NCBI GenBank assembly: GCA_964472565.1
Contig: CAYYNB010000010.1
Span: forward strand, 253 to 64,252
Direction: 5' to 3'
DNA length: 64,000 bases
From: an uncultured Anaerolineaceae bacterium
Lineage (GTDB): Bacteria; Chloroflexota; Anaerolineae; Aggregatilineales; Aggregatilineaceae
The notes under the pieces were generated by a model. It made no database searches and was not told the DNA's origin. It was given only the letters and a program-made list of their open reading frames with translations. Made by a program: the position numbers and the translations under genes. Positions 1 through 9,109 of this stretch are shown piece by piece (the first letter of the stretch is position 1; each line of letters opens with the position of its first letter).

Positions 1-721
1 ACGTCCAGATCAAACAGGCAACATAGTTGTTTAAAATCAAATAGGGCAGAATGAGGAATATCACCGTAAAAACATAGGCTATGCCGGTATAAATGGCTGA
101 TTTGAGCGGGTTTTGTTTGGTTTGTTCACCCTGCGAAGCCTGCGTCGAGAGATATTCCGAAGCGGCCATTGATAAAGAAGCTGAAATGCCGGTAATAAAG
201 CCCGCCAATGCGATCACCTGTGTATCTTGGAAGGCAAAAGTCAGGCCTGCCAGTGCGCCCGTTAGCTCAACCAGAGCATCATTCAGTCCCAGCACGACAG
301 AGCCAATATATTTCAGACTCTCCTCATCGATCATATCGATGAGTTCGGTTTCGTGTTGTTCTTCTTCTTTGAGAACGCCTTCAATTTCTGGAAGGGATTG
401 GAGAATGCTGGCGTAACTCTTCTGTCCGGCCTCTTCTCCTTTTTCCATCAATTTGATTGCAAAAGTCAGACCAAACAGCTTGGCAATCCAAAAGTAAAGC
501 CGCACCTTGAACTGATCGGGCTGAACATCGGTTTGAGTGTAATTTTTCCAGATCAGATAGTGTTGGTATTCTTGCTCAGCAATTTGATGCAGGGTTTCCT
601 TGTTATGACTATCCGTTACCATTTCCGCCAGCTTATGATACATGTGATAGCTGGCTATCTCGGCTTTTTGCATGACCAGAAGCTGCCCACGCAGCTCAGG
701 TTTGATCGTTTGGACATCCAT
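1..721 (-). CDS. VIT1/CCC1-family metal transporter with N-terminal ferritin/rubrerythrin-like domain (3' end runs off the window)
   Basis: My own minus-strand translation from the ATG at 721-719 gives MDVQTIKPELRGQLLVMQKAEIASYHMYHKLAEM...EEEQHETELIDMIDEE. This is followed by Gly/Ala-rich TM segments (GSVVLGLNDALVELTGALAGL, ASLSMAASEYLS, IAYVFTVIFLILPYLIL). The frame is open to position 1, so the gene is missing from the ORF track. Confidence 0.7.
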   Translation of the reverse strand, partial: MDVQTIKPELRGQLLVMQKAEIASYHMYHKLAEMVTDSHNKETLHQIAEQEYQHYLIWKNYTQTDVQPDQFKVRLYFWIAKLFGLTFAIKLMEKGEEAGQKSYASILQSLPEIEGVLKEEEQHETELIDMIDEESLKYIGSVVLGLNDALVELTGALAGLTFAFQDTQVIALAGFITGISASLSMAASEYLSTQASQGEQTKQNPLKSAIYTGIAYVFTVIFLILPYLILNNYVACLIWT

Positions 722-754
722 CGTGTGTTTTCTCCATTAGGCGTGTAGCTAAAA

Positions 755-1681
755 TTATGATTCGGCAGCAAGCGGGCGTAAGTCAGCATTTTCAGGCGCA
801 AATACAAAATCCCAGAATGCGGCTCGTGCTTCTTGTGCGCGAAAATCGGTATTACGCGCCATATAGAGTTTTTGTACCAATTGCAGCCCTTCAACCGGAA
901 TACTCACCGCGAGTTCTTCATGTAAAACATGCCGTGTGGCAATCTGTGAGACAAATGCTGGCCCAACCCCTTCACACACTGCCTGTATAATTGCCTCTGT
1001 ATTTTCCAAAACCAACCTTGTCTGAAGCATCTCGACATTGAGATCGTACTTGGAAAGCTCGCGGTTTAGGGTGATCGATGTTCCTGAACTTGATTCGCGC
1101 AAAACAATAGGATATTCAACCAGATTTTCCGGCAGCAAACGGTCTGCTTGTGCCCAGGCATGGCCCTTCGGAACTATCAGCACAAGCTCATCATCGGCGA
1201 AGTGCTGGTACTCAATATGGTGTCGTGGAACCCGTAAACTGCTGATCGCCAGATCAACTTCCCCTGCGGTCAGGCTTTCCAATGCCTGGTCGCGTGGTCC
1301 AACCCGGCAGACCGTCCGCACATTAGGATAACAGGTCATGAAGCGCGCCATGATTTTAGGCAGAATATATTTGCCTGCTGCCGTGCTGCACCCTATTGTG
1401 AGCGTCCCCCATAACTCGCCGCGCTGCGAGCTAATCATTTCCTCCAGACAGGTCGCATCGCGCAGCAGCTTGCGCACACCGGGAACCGCCGCCTCACCAA
1501 TATCACTCAGACGAATACTGCGTCCTACCCGGTCAAATAATAGAATTCCAAGCTTTTCTTCCAATGTTTGAATATGGGCACTCACCGCCGATTGGGACAA
1601 ATTCAAGATACGCGCGGTTTCCGAAAAGTTCTCAGTTTCAGCCGCGATCAGAAAAATTTGTAGTTCATAAAGTTCAAGCAT
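755..1681 (-). CDS. LysR-family transcriptional regulator
   Basis: 308 aa. N-terminal wHTH FSETARILNLSQSAVSAHIQTLEEKLG plus a LysR-type substrate-binding body. Divergent from the cytochrome gene. Confidence 0.9.
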   Translation of the reverse strand: MLELYELQIFLIAAETENFSETARILNLSQSAVSAHIQTLEEKLGILLFDRVGRSIRLSDIGEAAVPGVRKLLRDATCLEEMISSQRGELWGTLTIGCSTAAGKYILPKIMARFMTCYPNVRTVCRVGPRDQALESLTAGEVDLAISSLRVPRHHIEYQHFADDELVLIVPKGHAWAQADRLLPENLVEYPIVLRESSSGTSITLNRELSKYDLNVEMLQTRLVLENTEAIIQAVCEGVGPAFVSQIATRHVLHEELAVSIPVEGLQLVQKLYMARNTDFRAQEARAAFWDFVFAPENADLRPLAAES

Positions 1682-1865
1682 CGTTCCAACCTTTGGTCAG
1701 CGACCATGTAAGCTGTGGTAATTATGAATCCTTCTTAGCAGATTTTGGAAGGGCGAGATACAGCCAAATATCACAAGAAAAACGGATAAATGCCAGTGCC
1801 TCTTATCAGTTAATCAGTTTACACTGTGCTATAGGAATGCGTTTTACGCACGACTCGGAGTGCAA

Positions 1866-3539
1866 ATGAAAAAATTTAACAGTAGCGGGCTGCTTGCTCT
1901 CATCGGAGGGTTGGCCACAGGTGTGGTAGTCCTGGCGGGTTGTGGACCAGATAAAACAGCCCCGGAATTTGCCCAGGTTATCCAGCCAACGACGGTAGCT
2001 CTCGAACCTACACTGGCGGCCACAATTTCTCCCAATCCGGTTATAGATACTGAATGTTTGGCTTGCCATCAGGATCAGGATCGCCTAAAAGAACTGGCAG
2101 TTGAAGACGTCCAGGCAGAAACTTTATCCGAAGGGCCTGGCTGAGGCGGCTCTGTGCCTCCGTTGGAGGCTTGGGAGAAAGTCTGGATTAACGGCGAAAC
2201 ATTTGCCAGCGATGTACATTCATATATCAACTGCACAACTTGTCACTTGGGACAATCAGTGGACGATATGGAACTGGCTCATCAGGGCTTAGTCACAGAT
2301 CCATCTGAAAACCCGGAACAGGTCTGTGCCAGTTGTCATCCAGATGTAGCACCGCATTCTGTAAATAGTTTGCATACAACGCTTGCGGGATACGATACGG
2401 TCCTCCATCAACGTAGTTCGCCCGAACATTATGAAACATTAGAACTGATGGAGTCGTATCACTGCGACTCATGTCATGCCTCCTGCGGTCAGTGTCATGT
2501 CAGCCAGCCCACATCGGTTGGCGGCGGGTTGTTAGAAGGCCATACCTTTGTTCAAACCCCGCCGATGAGCCGGACCTGTACAGGATGTCACGGCAGCCGT
2601 GTCAAAAATGAGTATTATGGTCTAAACGAAGGTTTTCCTGGCGATGTCCATCTCCGCGAAGCGCGTATGGCCTGTACGGACTGTCATACTGGAGCGGAAA
2701 TGCATGGCGGCACCGATTCGTTGGAGACCGTCGATGTATTGGTCAGTGACGGACAGGATACACCCGCTTCGAAGCCTATGACACACCGTTATGATGCGCC
2801 CCGTGAACCCACCTGTGAGTCATGCCACACGGAGCAAATCGGTGTTGGATCCGGCATACCAGAACATGAAGTCCACCCGGTAGAACTTTTGGCTTGCGAA
2901 GTTTGCCACAGCGTGAGCTACACCCACTGCACAAACTGCCATGTAGAACGAACAGAGGATGATGTTGCCTTCTACAGTATCGAGTCCCATAGTCTTGGAT
3001 TCTACATTGGCCTCAACTCGCGCACATCCGATCGCCCTTACAAATATGTCCCGGTACGTCACGTACCAGTTGACATCAATTCCTTTAGTTTCTATGGCGA
3101 AGGCTTGCTGGCGAATTTTCTGAACCGCGCCACCTGGGCGTATGCCACACCGCATAATACCCAGTTGGATACACCCCAAACCCAGACATGTTTAGCCTGT
3201 CACGAAAATGACGCCATCTTTCTGACCCCGGATAAAGTGGACCCTGCTGAATTGGACGGCGCAAATCTGGAAGTTATAGTCGAACATGCACCGGCTTTCC
3301 CCGAAGGATATGAACAATATCTGGAAGCGCAGGAAGCCGAAGCTCAGCCATCCGAGTCTGGTGAAGAAGAAACTGCGCCATCCGGCGATAGTGATGCGGA
3401 TTTCTGGGGCAGCGACAGCAGCCCAATACCTACCGAGTCCAGCAGTGATGCCGATTTTTGGGGTGAGGACAGTAGTCCTGCACCTACAGAAGCCAGTAGC
3501 GATGCCGATTTCTGGGGCAGCGACAGCACCCCTGAATAG
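1866..3539 (+). CDS. Multihaem (11 x CxxCH) c-type cytochrome lipoprotein, interrupted by an in-frame TGA at 2142-2144 (Sec/recoding candidate or pseudogene)
   Basis: GGAG lies 5 nt before the ATG at 1866. Signal peptide with lipobox LAGC. One CxxCH lies before the TGA and ten after it (CTTCH, CASCH, CDSCH, CGQCH, CTGCH, CTDCH, CESCH, CEVCH, CTNCH, CLACH). Both ORF-track pieces are in the same frame. Confidence 0.7.
2152..2174 (+). promoter_or_regulatory. Hairpin 3' of the in-frame UGA (SECIS-like candidate)
   Basis: GCCUCC-GUU-GGAGGC (2156-2170) is a perfect 6-bp stem, extendable with G-U pairs to C2152-G2174. It starts 12 nt after the UGA and has a G/U loop. Confidence 0.3.
3386..3536 (+). 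repeat. Coding tandem repeat at the cytochrome C-terminus (3 x SDADFWG-x-DS-x-P-x-PTE)
   Basis: GDSDADFWGSDSSPIPTESS / SDADFWGEDSSPAPTEAS / SDADFWGSDSTPE. The nucleotide units gatgc(g/c)gatttctggggc recur. Confidence 0.85.
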
Positions 3540-3573
3540 ATTTGAGACAAGAAGATATGGAGGCCCAGGTTAT

Positions 3574-5229
3574 ATGCGAAAACTAATTTCTTTCCTGTTT
3601 GTACTGGCACTCATTGTGCCGCTTGCACTCCCCTTTGCGCCTGTTCTGGCTCAAGATGGAACAGCCGTTGTTGCACGTCTTGAGGAGTATAATGCTAATC
3701 TGCCCAGCGGATACGGTAATGTGTCAATTACCGATCTTTCCGCTGAACTGGTGGATAACCCGGACATTCTGCTGCTTGATGTGCGCCAGCCCGAAGAATA
3801 TGCTGAGGGTCACATTGCCGGGGCATTCAACATCCCCATCCGCGATGTCGTTAAGAACCTCAATCTGCTGCCCGATCTAGACGCCAAAATTGTGGCGATA
3901 TGTGGGTCAGCATTCCGCTCTTCAATTGGCATGACCGCGCTCCAAATCTTGGGGTACACGGACGTTCGTAGCATGTCCGGCGGTATGAGTGCCTGGAAGG
4001 AAGAGGGTCTGGCTACCGTCACTGATGCGTTCACGCCCGAAGCCAGTACGGCTCCTGAAATTGATTCTGAAGTATTAGCGGCAGTCGATGCGGCGTTGTC
4101 AGGGTTGCCTGAAGGCTTTGGCGGCGTCAAAGCGGAAGATCTAAATGCCGAAATGGCGGACAATCCTCCGGCTCAGTTGATCGATGTGCGCACGCCTGAC
4201 GAATGGGCCACTGGTTACATCGCGGGTGCGGTTCACATGCCCCTCGAATCTTTTATGAGCTATGCTGGGGAACTGCCGACAGACAAAGCGGCTAATCTGG
4301 TTGTGTATTGCAAGGGTGGACATCGTGGCAATATGGTTGCCACAATGCTGCGCACGTTGGGGTATACCAATGTGCGGAATATATCAGGTGGTATTGGCGG
4401 CTGGACAACAGCCGGATTGGCAATTGAAGGCGCGGCCCCTGCTGAACCGGCTGCCGAACTCGATCTCGTCACACTGCTGGATAGCTATATTACGGGTCTG
4501 CCCAACACCTTTAACGCGGTCAAAGCCAGTGATCTGGCCGTCGAATTAGCTGAAACCCCCGATCTGCTGCTCGTCGATGTTCGCACCGTAGACGAATATG
4601 TGGAAGGACATATCGAAGGCGCGATCAACATCCCGCTGACCGAAATTACCGATCATCTGGATATGCTTCCAGCACTCGATCAACCAATGGTGATCTACTG
4701 TGGTAGCGGGCACCGTTCTGTGATGGCAATGGCTGTATTCAATCTGTTGGGTTATGTCAACGCCCGTAGTATGTTGGGCGGCGTGAAAGCCTGGACCTCC
4801 GCAGAACTACCTTTGACGACAGATGAAATTACGTATGAAGCTGGAACCGCTCCTGCTATTGACCCGGCGTTGTTCGCGGCCTTAGATGCCTATGTGAAGG
4901 CGATCCCGGCAGGTTATTATGCCATCAGCGCCGACGATCTCAATGTGGCCCTGGTTGAAACGCCACCCGCGCTCATTGATGTTCGCACTGATGAAGAAGT
5001 TGCCAATGGGATTATCGAGGGCGCACAGCATATTGAACTGCGTAGTTTTGTAGCCCAGATGAGTGCATGGCCCGCGGACAAAGCCGCTCCCATTGTGATC
5101 TACTGCGGCAGTGATCACCGTGCCGTAATCGCAATGGTGGCTATGCAGTTGATGGGCTACCAGGATGTACGCACACTTGGCGGCGGACTTCAAGCCTGGT
5201 TAGCCAAAGAATATCCTGTTGTACAGTAA
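3574..5229 (+). CDS. Secreted protein with four tandem rhodanese (sulfurtransferase) domains
   Basis: Start moved to ATG 3574 (GGAGG at 3559). Signal peptide MRKLISFLFVLALIVPLALPFAPVLAQ. Four DVR-x-x-x-EY/W modules, each with an active-site loop: CGSAFRS, CKGGHRG, CGSGHRS, CGSDHRA. Confidence 0.85.
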   Translation: MRKLISFLFVLALIVPLALPFAPVLAQDGTAVVARLEEYNANLPSGYGNVSITDLSAELVDNPDILLLDVRQPEEYAEGHIAGAFNIPIRDVVKNLNLLPDLDAKIVAICGSAFRSSIGMTALQILGYTDVRSMSGGMSAWKEEGLATVTDAFTPEASTAPEIDSEVLAAVDAALSGLPEGFGGVKAEDLNAEMADNPPAQLIDVRTPDEWATGYIAGAVHMPLESFMSYAGELPTDKAANLVVYCKGGHRGNMVATMLRTLGYTNVRNISGGIGGWTTAGLAIEGAAPAEPAAELDLVTLLDSYITGLPNTFNAVKASDLAVELAETPDLLLVDVRTVDEYVEGHIEGAINIPLTEITDHLDMLPALDQPMVIYCGSGHRSVMAMAVFNLLGYVNARSMLGGVKAWTSAELPLTTDEITYEAGTAPAIDPALFAALDAYVKAIPAGYYAISADDLNVALVETPPALIDVRTDEEVANGIIEGAQHIELRSFVAQMSAWPADKAAPIVIYCGSDHRAVIAMVAMQLMGYQDVRTLGGGLQAWLAKEYPVVQ

Positions 5230-5253
5230 CCATCAGTTTTAGGGTAAGAATCA

Positions 5254-5285
5254 AGCCTCAGCGTTGTATGCTGGGGCTTTTTTAT
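5254..5285 (+). terminator. Rho-independent terminator
   Basis: AGCCUCAGC-7 nt loop-GCUGGGGCU (one G-U pair) followed by TTTTTTT. Confidence 0.7.
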
Positions 5286-5349
5286 TGTGAGCCATACAGG
5301 TTTGCATTAGTATCAATATAGGTGAGGTTAGTCGAACAGTCATGCGCGC

Positions 5350-6039
5350 ATGAAACGACGTTTATCTCTAATCCTGGTGCTGGTACTCGCGAGCAGTTTT
5401 GCCTGTATCTCTACCCTTTTCCCCATTTCACTATCGAGCAGCGCGAAGTCTTTCGCTGTTAGCTCGCTCACACCGTTTCGACAACTACCAGGACGCCCTA
5501 CGCCAACTTCGCGCCAGACATCTACCCCCAACCCCTCAACTGTTTCTCCTACACCGGTATATGATTGCACATCCATATTTCCGCTGGAAAATATCGAGGC
5601 GATTGAGTTTGGCCGTACGACGATTCAACAACTTGAGTCCACTTTTGGGCGTGGAACATACCATACCGGACGCCCTGTGCGGTTTAAGTTTGAAGAGGGT
5701 GGTTGTACTTTATTCGTTGAGATGGGCACCAATGAAGCACAGGAAGTTGAACTCTTGAGTTATGGCACCCTGGAAATGTTAATAGAGCGCTACGGAGAAC
5801 CCGCAACAGTGGGAATTTCACAAGGTAATCTGACATTGCTGACCGCTGATGTAGCCGTTCTTTTCTACCCCAAGCAGGGTGCCATTGCGATTTTTGACGT
5901 TAGCCCTGATTTTCTGACACCAACGACGCCTATCAGTCATTTATTTTTACGGCCAGCGTTTGAGATTGATAAACAACTGAAGCGTCTGAATGTTCAACCC
6001 GTAGAATGGGATGCGCCCTCAATTGCTCCTTCTCAGTAA
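5350..6039 (+). CDS. Hypothetical lipoprotein
   Basis: 229 aa. MKRRLSLILVLVLASSFAC signal/lipobox and a Pro/Ser/Thr-rich linker. No recognisable domain. Confidence 0.5.
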   Translation: MKRRLSLILVLVLASSFACISTLFPISLSSSAKSFAVSSLTPFRQLPGRPTPTSRQTSTPNPSTVSPTPVYDCTSIFPLENIEAIEFGRTTIQQLESTFGRGTYHTGRPVRFKFEEGGCTLFVEMGTNEAQEVELLSYGTLEMLIERYGEPATVGISQGNLTLLTADVAVLFYPKQGAIAIFDVSPDFLTPTTPISHLFLRPAFEIDKQLKRLNVQPVEWDAPSIAPSQ

Positions 6040-6104
6040 GATCGTGTAAAATTCAGCCATTCCTACCCCGTCTTTATGTTAATTCTTCGTCAAGGAGTAG
6101 ACGA

Positions 6105-6680
6105 ATGGAAAATTTTAATGAAATGGTTAAATTGTTAGGCCTCACCGATCAAATTCAGTGGGATTTTGCTCTTTATTGGCTTTTCTTTATCAACGTTATT
6201 TTGCTGATGGTCCAGCCCGAAGGCTCCGCTTTCGCAACAATGTTGGGAATTGCGGTACTTGTTTCGGCAGTGATCGATAAAACGTTTGCGTTTGGCTATA
6301 TGCTAGACCCAGGAGCCTATACACCTCAAAAATATCATGAGGAGGTCTTCATTGGCACCTATCTCGTTCGGGTTGCAATGTTTGTTGGGCCTCTAACAGT
6401 GGCTGGCTCAACAAAAGACCCAAAAGTTCGTGGGCTGGCAATCATCGCGGGCATTTCCGGTGGGGTTTATATGTTTGCCCGGTGGTTTTTCCAGCAGTAC
6501 AAATCGGATGTCAAAGGTCGTATTAGCTACCTTGACATCCAATTCGCATTGCAAGATGTTGGGTTACTGCTGCTTTTGGGGCGTGTCTGGTTGCGTCACC
6601 ACTTCACGGTAAACCGGAACATTCCAGTGACCGTACTGGGCAACGTTGCCTCGGACGACGTTGAAATAAAGATCGCGTAG
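6105..6680 (+). CDS. Hypothetical small membrane protein
   Basis: AAGGAG at 6092 then ATG 6105. About 4 hydrophobic helices. The 3' end overlaps the ilvE 3' end by 117 nt. Confidence 0.45.
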   Translation: MENFNEMVKLLGLTDQIQWDFALYWLFFINVILLMVQPEGSAFATMLGIAVLVSAVIDKTFAFGYMLDPGAYTPQKYHEEVFIGTYLVRVAMFVGPLTVAGSTKDPKVRGLAIIAGISGGVYMFARWFFQQYKSDVKGRISYLDIQFALQDVGLLLLLGRVWLRHHFTVNRNIPVTVLGNVASDDVEIKIA

Positions 6681-7529
6681 CTGGCTTACCACCGGCCCGA
6701 TTTTGCCTGTCCCAACAGCGCGATGATCGACTTCTGTGACAGCGACAACTTGGACGCCAGTTCCACAGAAGAAAATTTCGTCTGCAACAAACACTTCTGT
6801 CCGGTCAATCTGGCGAATCTCCACATCCAGTCCCATTTCTTCCTGCAATAACTGGATGATGGTACGGCGGGTGATGCCCTCAAGAATATTAGCACTGCTT
6901 GGGGGCGTGACCGCAACTCCATTCCGGATCATAAAGAAGTTTTCAGCGCTGCCCTCGGCAATATGCCCATCCTCGTTTAACACGATAGCTTCATCAAAAC
7001 CCTTTAGTGCGGCATCTGTTTTGATCAAAGCGGAATTTGCATATGCACCTGTGATTTTGCCCCTTGCGGGAATCGCATTGTCATCAATCCGTCGCCATGA
7101 TGAAAATGTAGCGCGGGCACCTTCCTCATTCGGAATATAACTGCCAAACGGAAGCGCAAACATCGTAAAATCGCTGTCCAGGTTGTGCAGCCGTACCCCA
7201 ATCCCCGCCGAAGACGCATAAATGAGCGGACGGACATAAACATCTTGATGATAATTTTCTTGATGAAGGAGGTCCAGTAAAATTTGCAGCATGGATTCAG
7301 GTGTGTAGGGCAAATTCATCAATAGAATTTTGCCCGAATCGAGTACGCGCTTAAAATGATCAAGGGGACGAAAAATATATAATTCCTCGTGCTCCTCATT
7401 CCAATAGGCCCGAATTCCGCCAAAGGCTCCTGTACCATAATTCAAAGCGTGCGTCATGACGCTGACTTTCGCTTCTTCTATTGGTACAATTTTCCCCTGG
7501 AAATACGCAAATGACGGTCCTTGAGACAT
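6564..7529 (-). CDS. ilvE: Branched-chain amino acid aminotransferase (fold-type IV)
   Basis: 321 aa. FAYFQGKIVPIEEAKVSV..HALNYGTGAFGGIRAY..; EGSAENFF; GITR; C-terminal GPVVSQLRDLYFNVVRG. Confidence 0.9.
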   Translation of the reverse strand: MSQGPSFAYFQGKIVPIEEAKVSVMTHALNYGTGAFGGIRAYWNEEHEELYIFRPLDHFKRVLDSGKILLMNLPYTPESMLQILLDLLHQENYHQDVYVRPLIYASSAGIGVRLHNLDSDFTMFALPFGSYIPNEEGARATFSSWRRIDDNAIPARGKITGAYANSALIKTDAALKGFDEAIVLNEDGHIAEGSAENFFMIRNGVAVTPPSSANILEGITRRTIIQLLQEEMGLDVEIRQIDRTEVFVADEIFFCGTGVQVVAVTEVDHRAVGTGKIGPVVSQLRDLYFNVVRGNVAQYGHWNVPVYREVVTQPDTPQKQQ

Positions 7530-7637
7530 TCAATCGCCTCCCGAATATGCGATCAGACGAAATACGACCAGATTATAATCGCTCGCAGGACCTGCTAACA
7601 GCCCAAGCAGAGCCAATATCGGCTAAAACTAGTGCGT

Positions 7638-8378
7638 TTACGGCTCAAATTCAAGATAGGTTGTGGTCATTTGATCCAAATCGCTGTAACTTCCCCGCCG
7701 ATCTTCAGGCAACAAGGCGGCAAGTTGCCACATAGCTTCGCGCGTCATTTGATGCATTTCGTCACGTGGAGTCCGCTTGGGATTACTCGGTGCAAATCGG
7801 AATGGATGCCCAATGTGAACCTCGACCTGGGCACGACGTAGTCGTTTAAGACAACCGGGGAAATTGTGCGTTCCTTCCAGTCCAATCGGAACAATCGTCG
7901 CGTTGGTTTTTAGCGCAACATAGGTCATGCCGTCTTTTGCCTCAATCAGCGCCGGATTCCGCGTGCCCTCCGGCGCAATCAGTACCGCATGGCCATGATT
8001 TAATAAATCCAGGGTGCTGGCAAGGGCCTGTCGGTCAATTTCGCCGCGCCGCACCGGATACGCCCCCCAACTGCGCGCCATGATCCCTATAATCGGGTGC
8101 TGATAATTTTCGATCTTGGACATGGGAACCAAAAAACGATTTTTCACCACGCCGACAACGACAAATGGATCAATCCCCGCAACATGGTTCATAATGACAA
8201 TGATCGGCCCGGCTGAAGGAACATGCTCGCCCCCTTCAACTCGCACCCGAACAAAGAACCGGAAAGCAATTTGCCGGAGCAAAAAATCGCGGATAAAGTG
8301 GCGGATCCAGTTATAACGTTCCTGGTGTTGAGTTACAGGATGGCCTTGAGACGATGTAGGGCTTGATGTGGCATCCAT
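7638..8378 (-). CDS. Lysophospholipid (1-acyl-sn-glycerol-3-phosphate) acyltransferase family
   Basis: HxxxxD box NHVAGID and APEGTRN motif. Confidence 0.85.
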   Translation of the reverse strand: MDATSSPTSSQGHPVTQHQERYNWIRHFIRDFLLRQIAFRFFVRVRVEGGEHVPSAGPIIVIMNHVAGIDPFVVVGVVKNRFLVPMSKIENYQHPIIGIMARSWGAYPVRRGEIDRQALASTLDLLNHGHAVLIAPEGTRNPALIEAKDGMTYVALKTNATIVPIGLEGTHNFPGCLKRLRRAQVEVHIGHPFRFAPSNPKRTPRDEMHQMTREAMWQLAALLPEDRRGSYSDLDQMTTTYLEFEP

Positions 8379-8380
8379 AC

Positions 8381-9109
8381 TTACTCCGTTCGGTGCTGCC
8401 TTTTGAGTTGCTGGATTTCAGCAGGCGACAAGGTGCGAAACTCGCCTGGGTGCATATGTCCAACATCAATCGTATCGATCTTAACGCGAATGAGTCGTTT
8501 GACCCGGTATCCTAGAATCTCCGCTACGTTACGGATCTGCCGCTTTCGCCCCTCACGCATGACAATCTGGATCCACGTATCCTGATTGGTCTCAGAGAGA
8601 ACTTTCACTTTGGCGGGAGCCGTCATTTTTTCCTCCAACATGACTCCCTGCCGCCACTGGTCCAAATTCTTTGGTGTGGGATGTCCATCAACCAGTACAT
8701 GATACGTTTTGGTATGCCCATAGCGAGGATGGGTCATCAAATCGGCCAGTTCTCCATCATTGGTGAGAATAATCAGGCCCTCGCTGTCCGCATCCAACCG
8801 TCCTACCGTAAACAGATGGCCTTCGTAGGGAATCAAATCTCGAACCAGTTTGCGCTTTTCGTTTGGAAAACGGCGGTTCGTTGAGAGCACATTCACGGGT
8901 TTGTACAGCAGATAGTAGACATAGTCTACCTTCGCTTTAAGCGTAACATCATCGACCTGGACTTTATCATGTTCCAGATCAGCTTTATCCCCTAACTGGG
9001 CAACTTTTCCATTGACACGAACACGCCCCTGGCGGATGAGATTTTCAGCCGCCCGGCGCGATGCTATACCGGCTTGTGAAATGAGTTTCTGTAATCGTTC
9101 CTCTGTCAT
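8381..9109 (-). CDS. rluB: Pseudouridine synthase, RsuA/RluB family
   Basis: S4 domain (RLQKLISQAGIASRRAAENLI..GRVRVNG) and catalytic GRLDADSEGLIILTNDG. Confidence 0.85.
   Translation of the reverse strand: MTEERLQKLISQAGIASRRAAENLIRQGRVRVNGKVAQLGDKADLEHDKVQVDDVTLKAKVDYVYYLLYKPVNVLSTNRRFPNEKRKLVRDLIPYEGHLFTVGRLDADSEGLIILTNDGELADLMTHPRYGHTKTYHVLVDGHPTPKNLDQWRQGVMLEEKMTAPAKVKVLSETNQDTWIQIVMREGRKRQIRNVAEILGYRVKRLIRVKIDTIDVGHMHPGEFRTLSPAEIQQLKRQHRTE

Noticed and set aside
2142-2144. Genome-wide reassignment of TGA to a sense codon as the explanation for the in-frame TGAs (cytochrome; IS982 transposase at 36693)
   Set aside because: Several confidently called genes terminate at TGA at the expected protein end (P-type ATPase at 22570, DEAD-box helicase at 25717, URO-D-family gene at 35150), so TGA is a functional stop here.
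3286-3573. N-terminal extension of the rhodanese ORF overlapping the cytochrome 3' end
   Set aside because: The extension is an out-of-frame read of the DADFWG repeat region. A GGAGG RBS, ATG 3574 and a canonical signal peptide define the real start.
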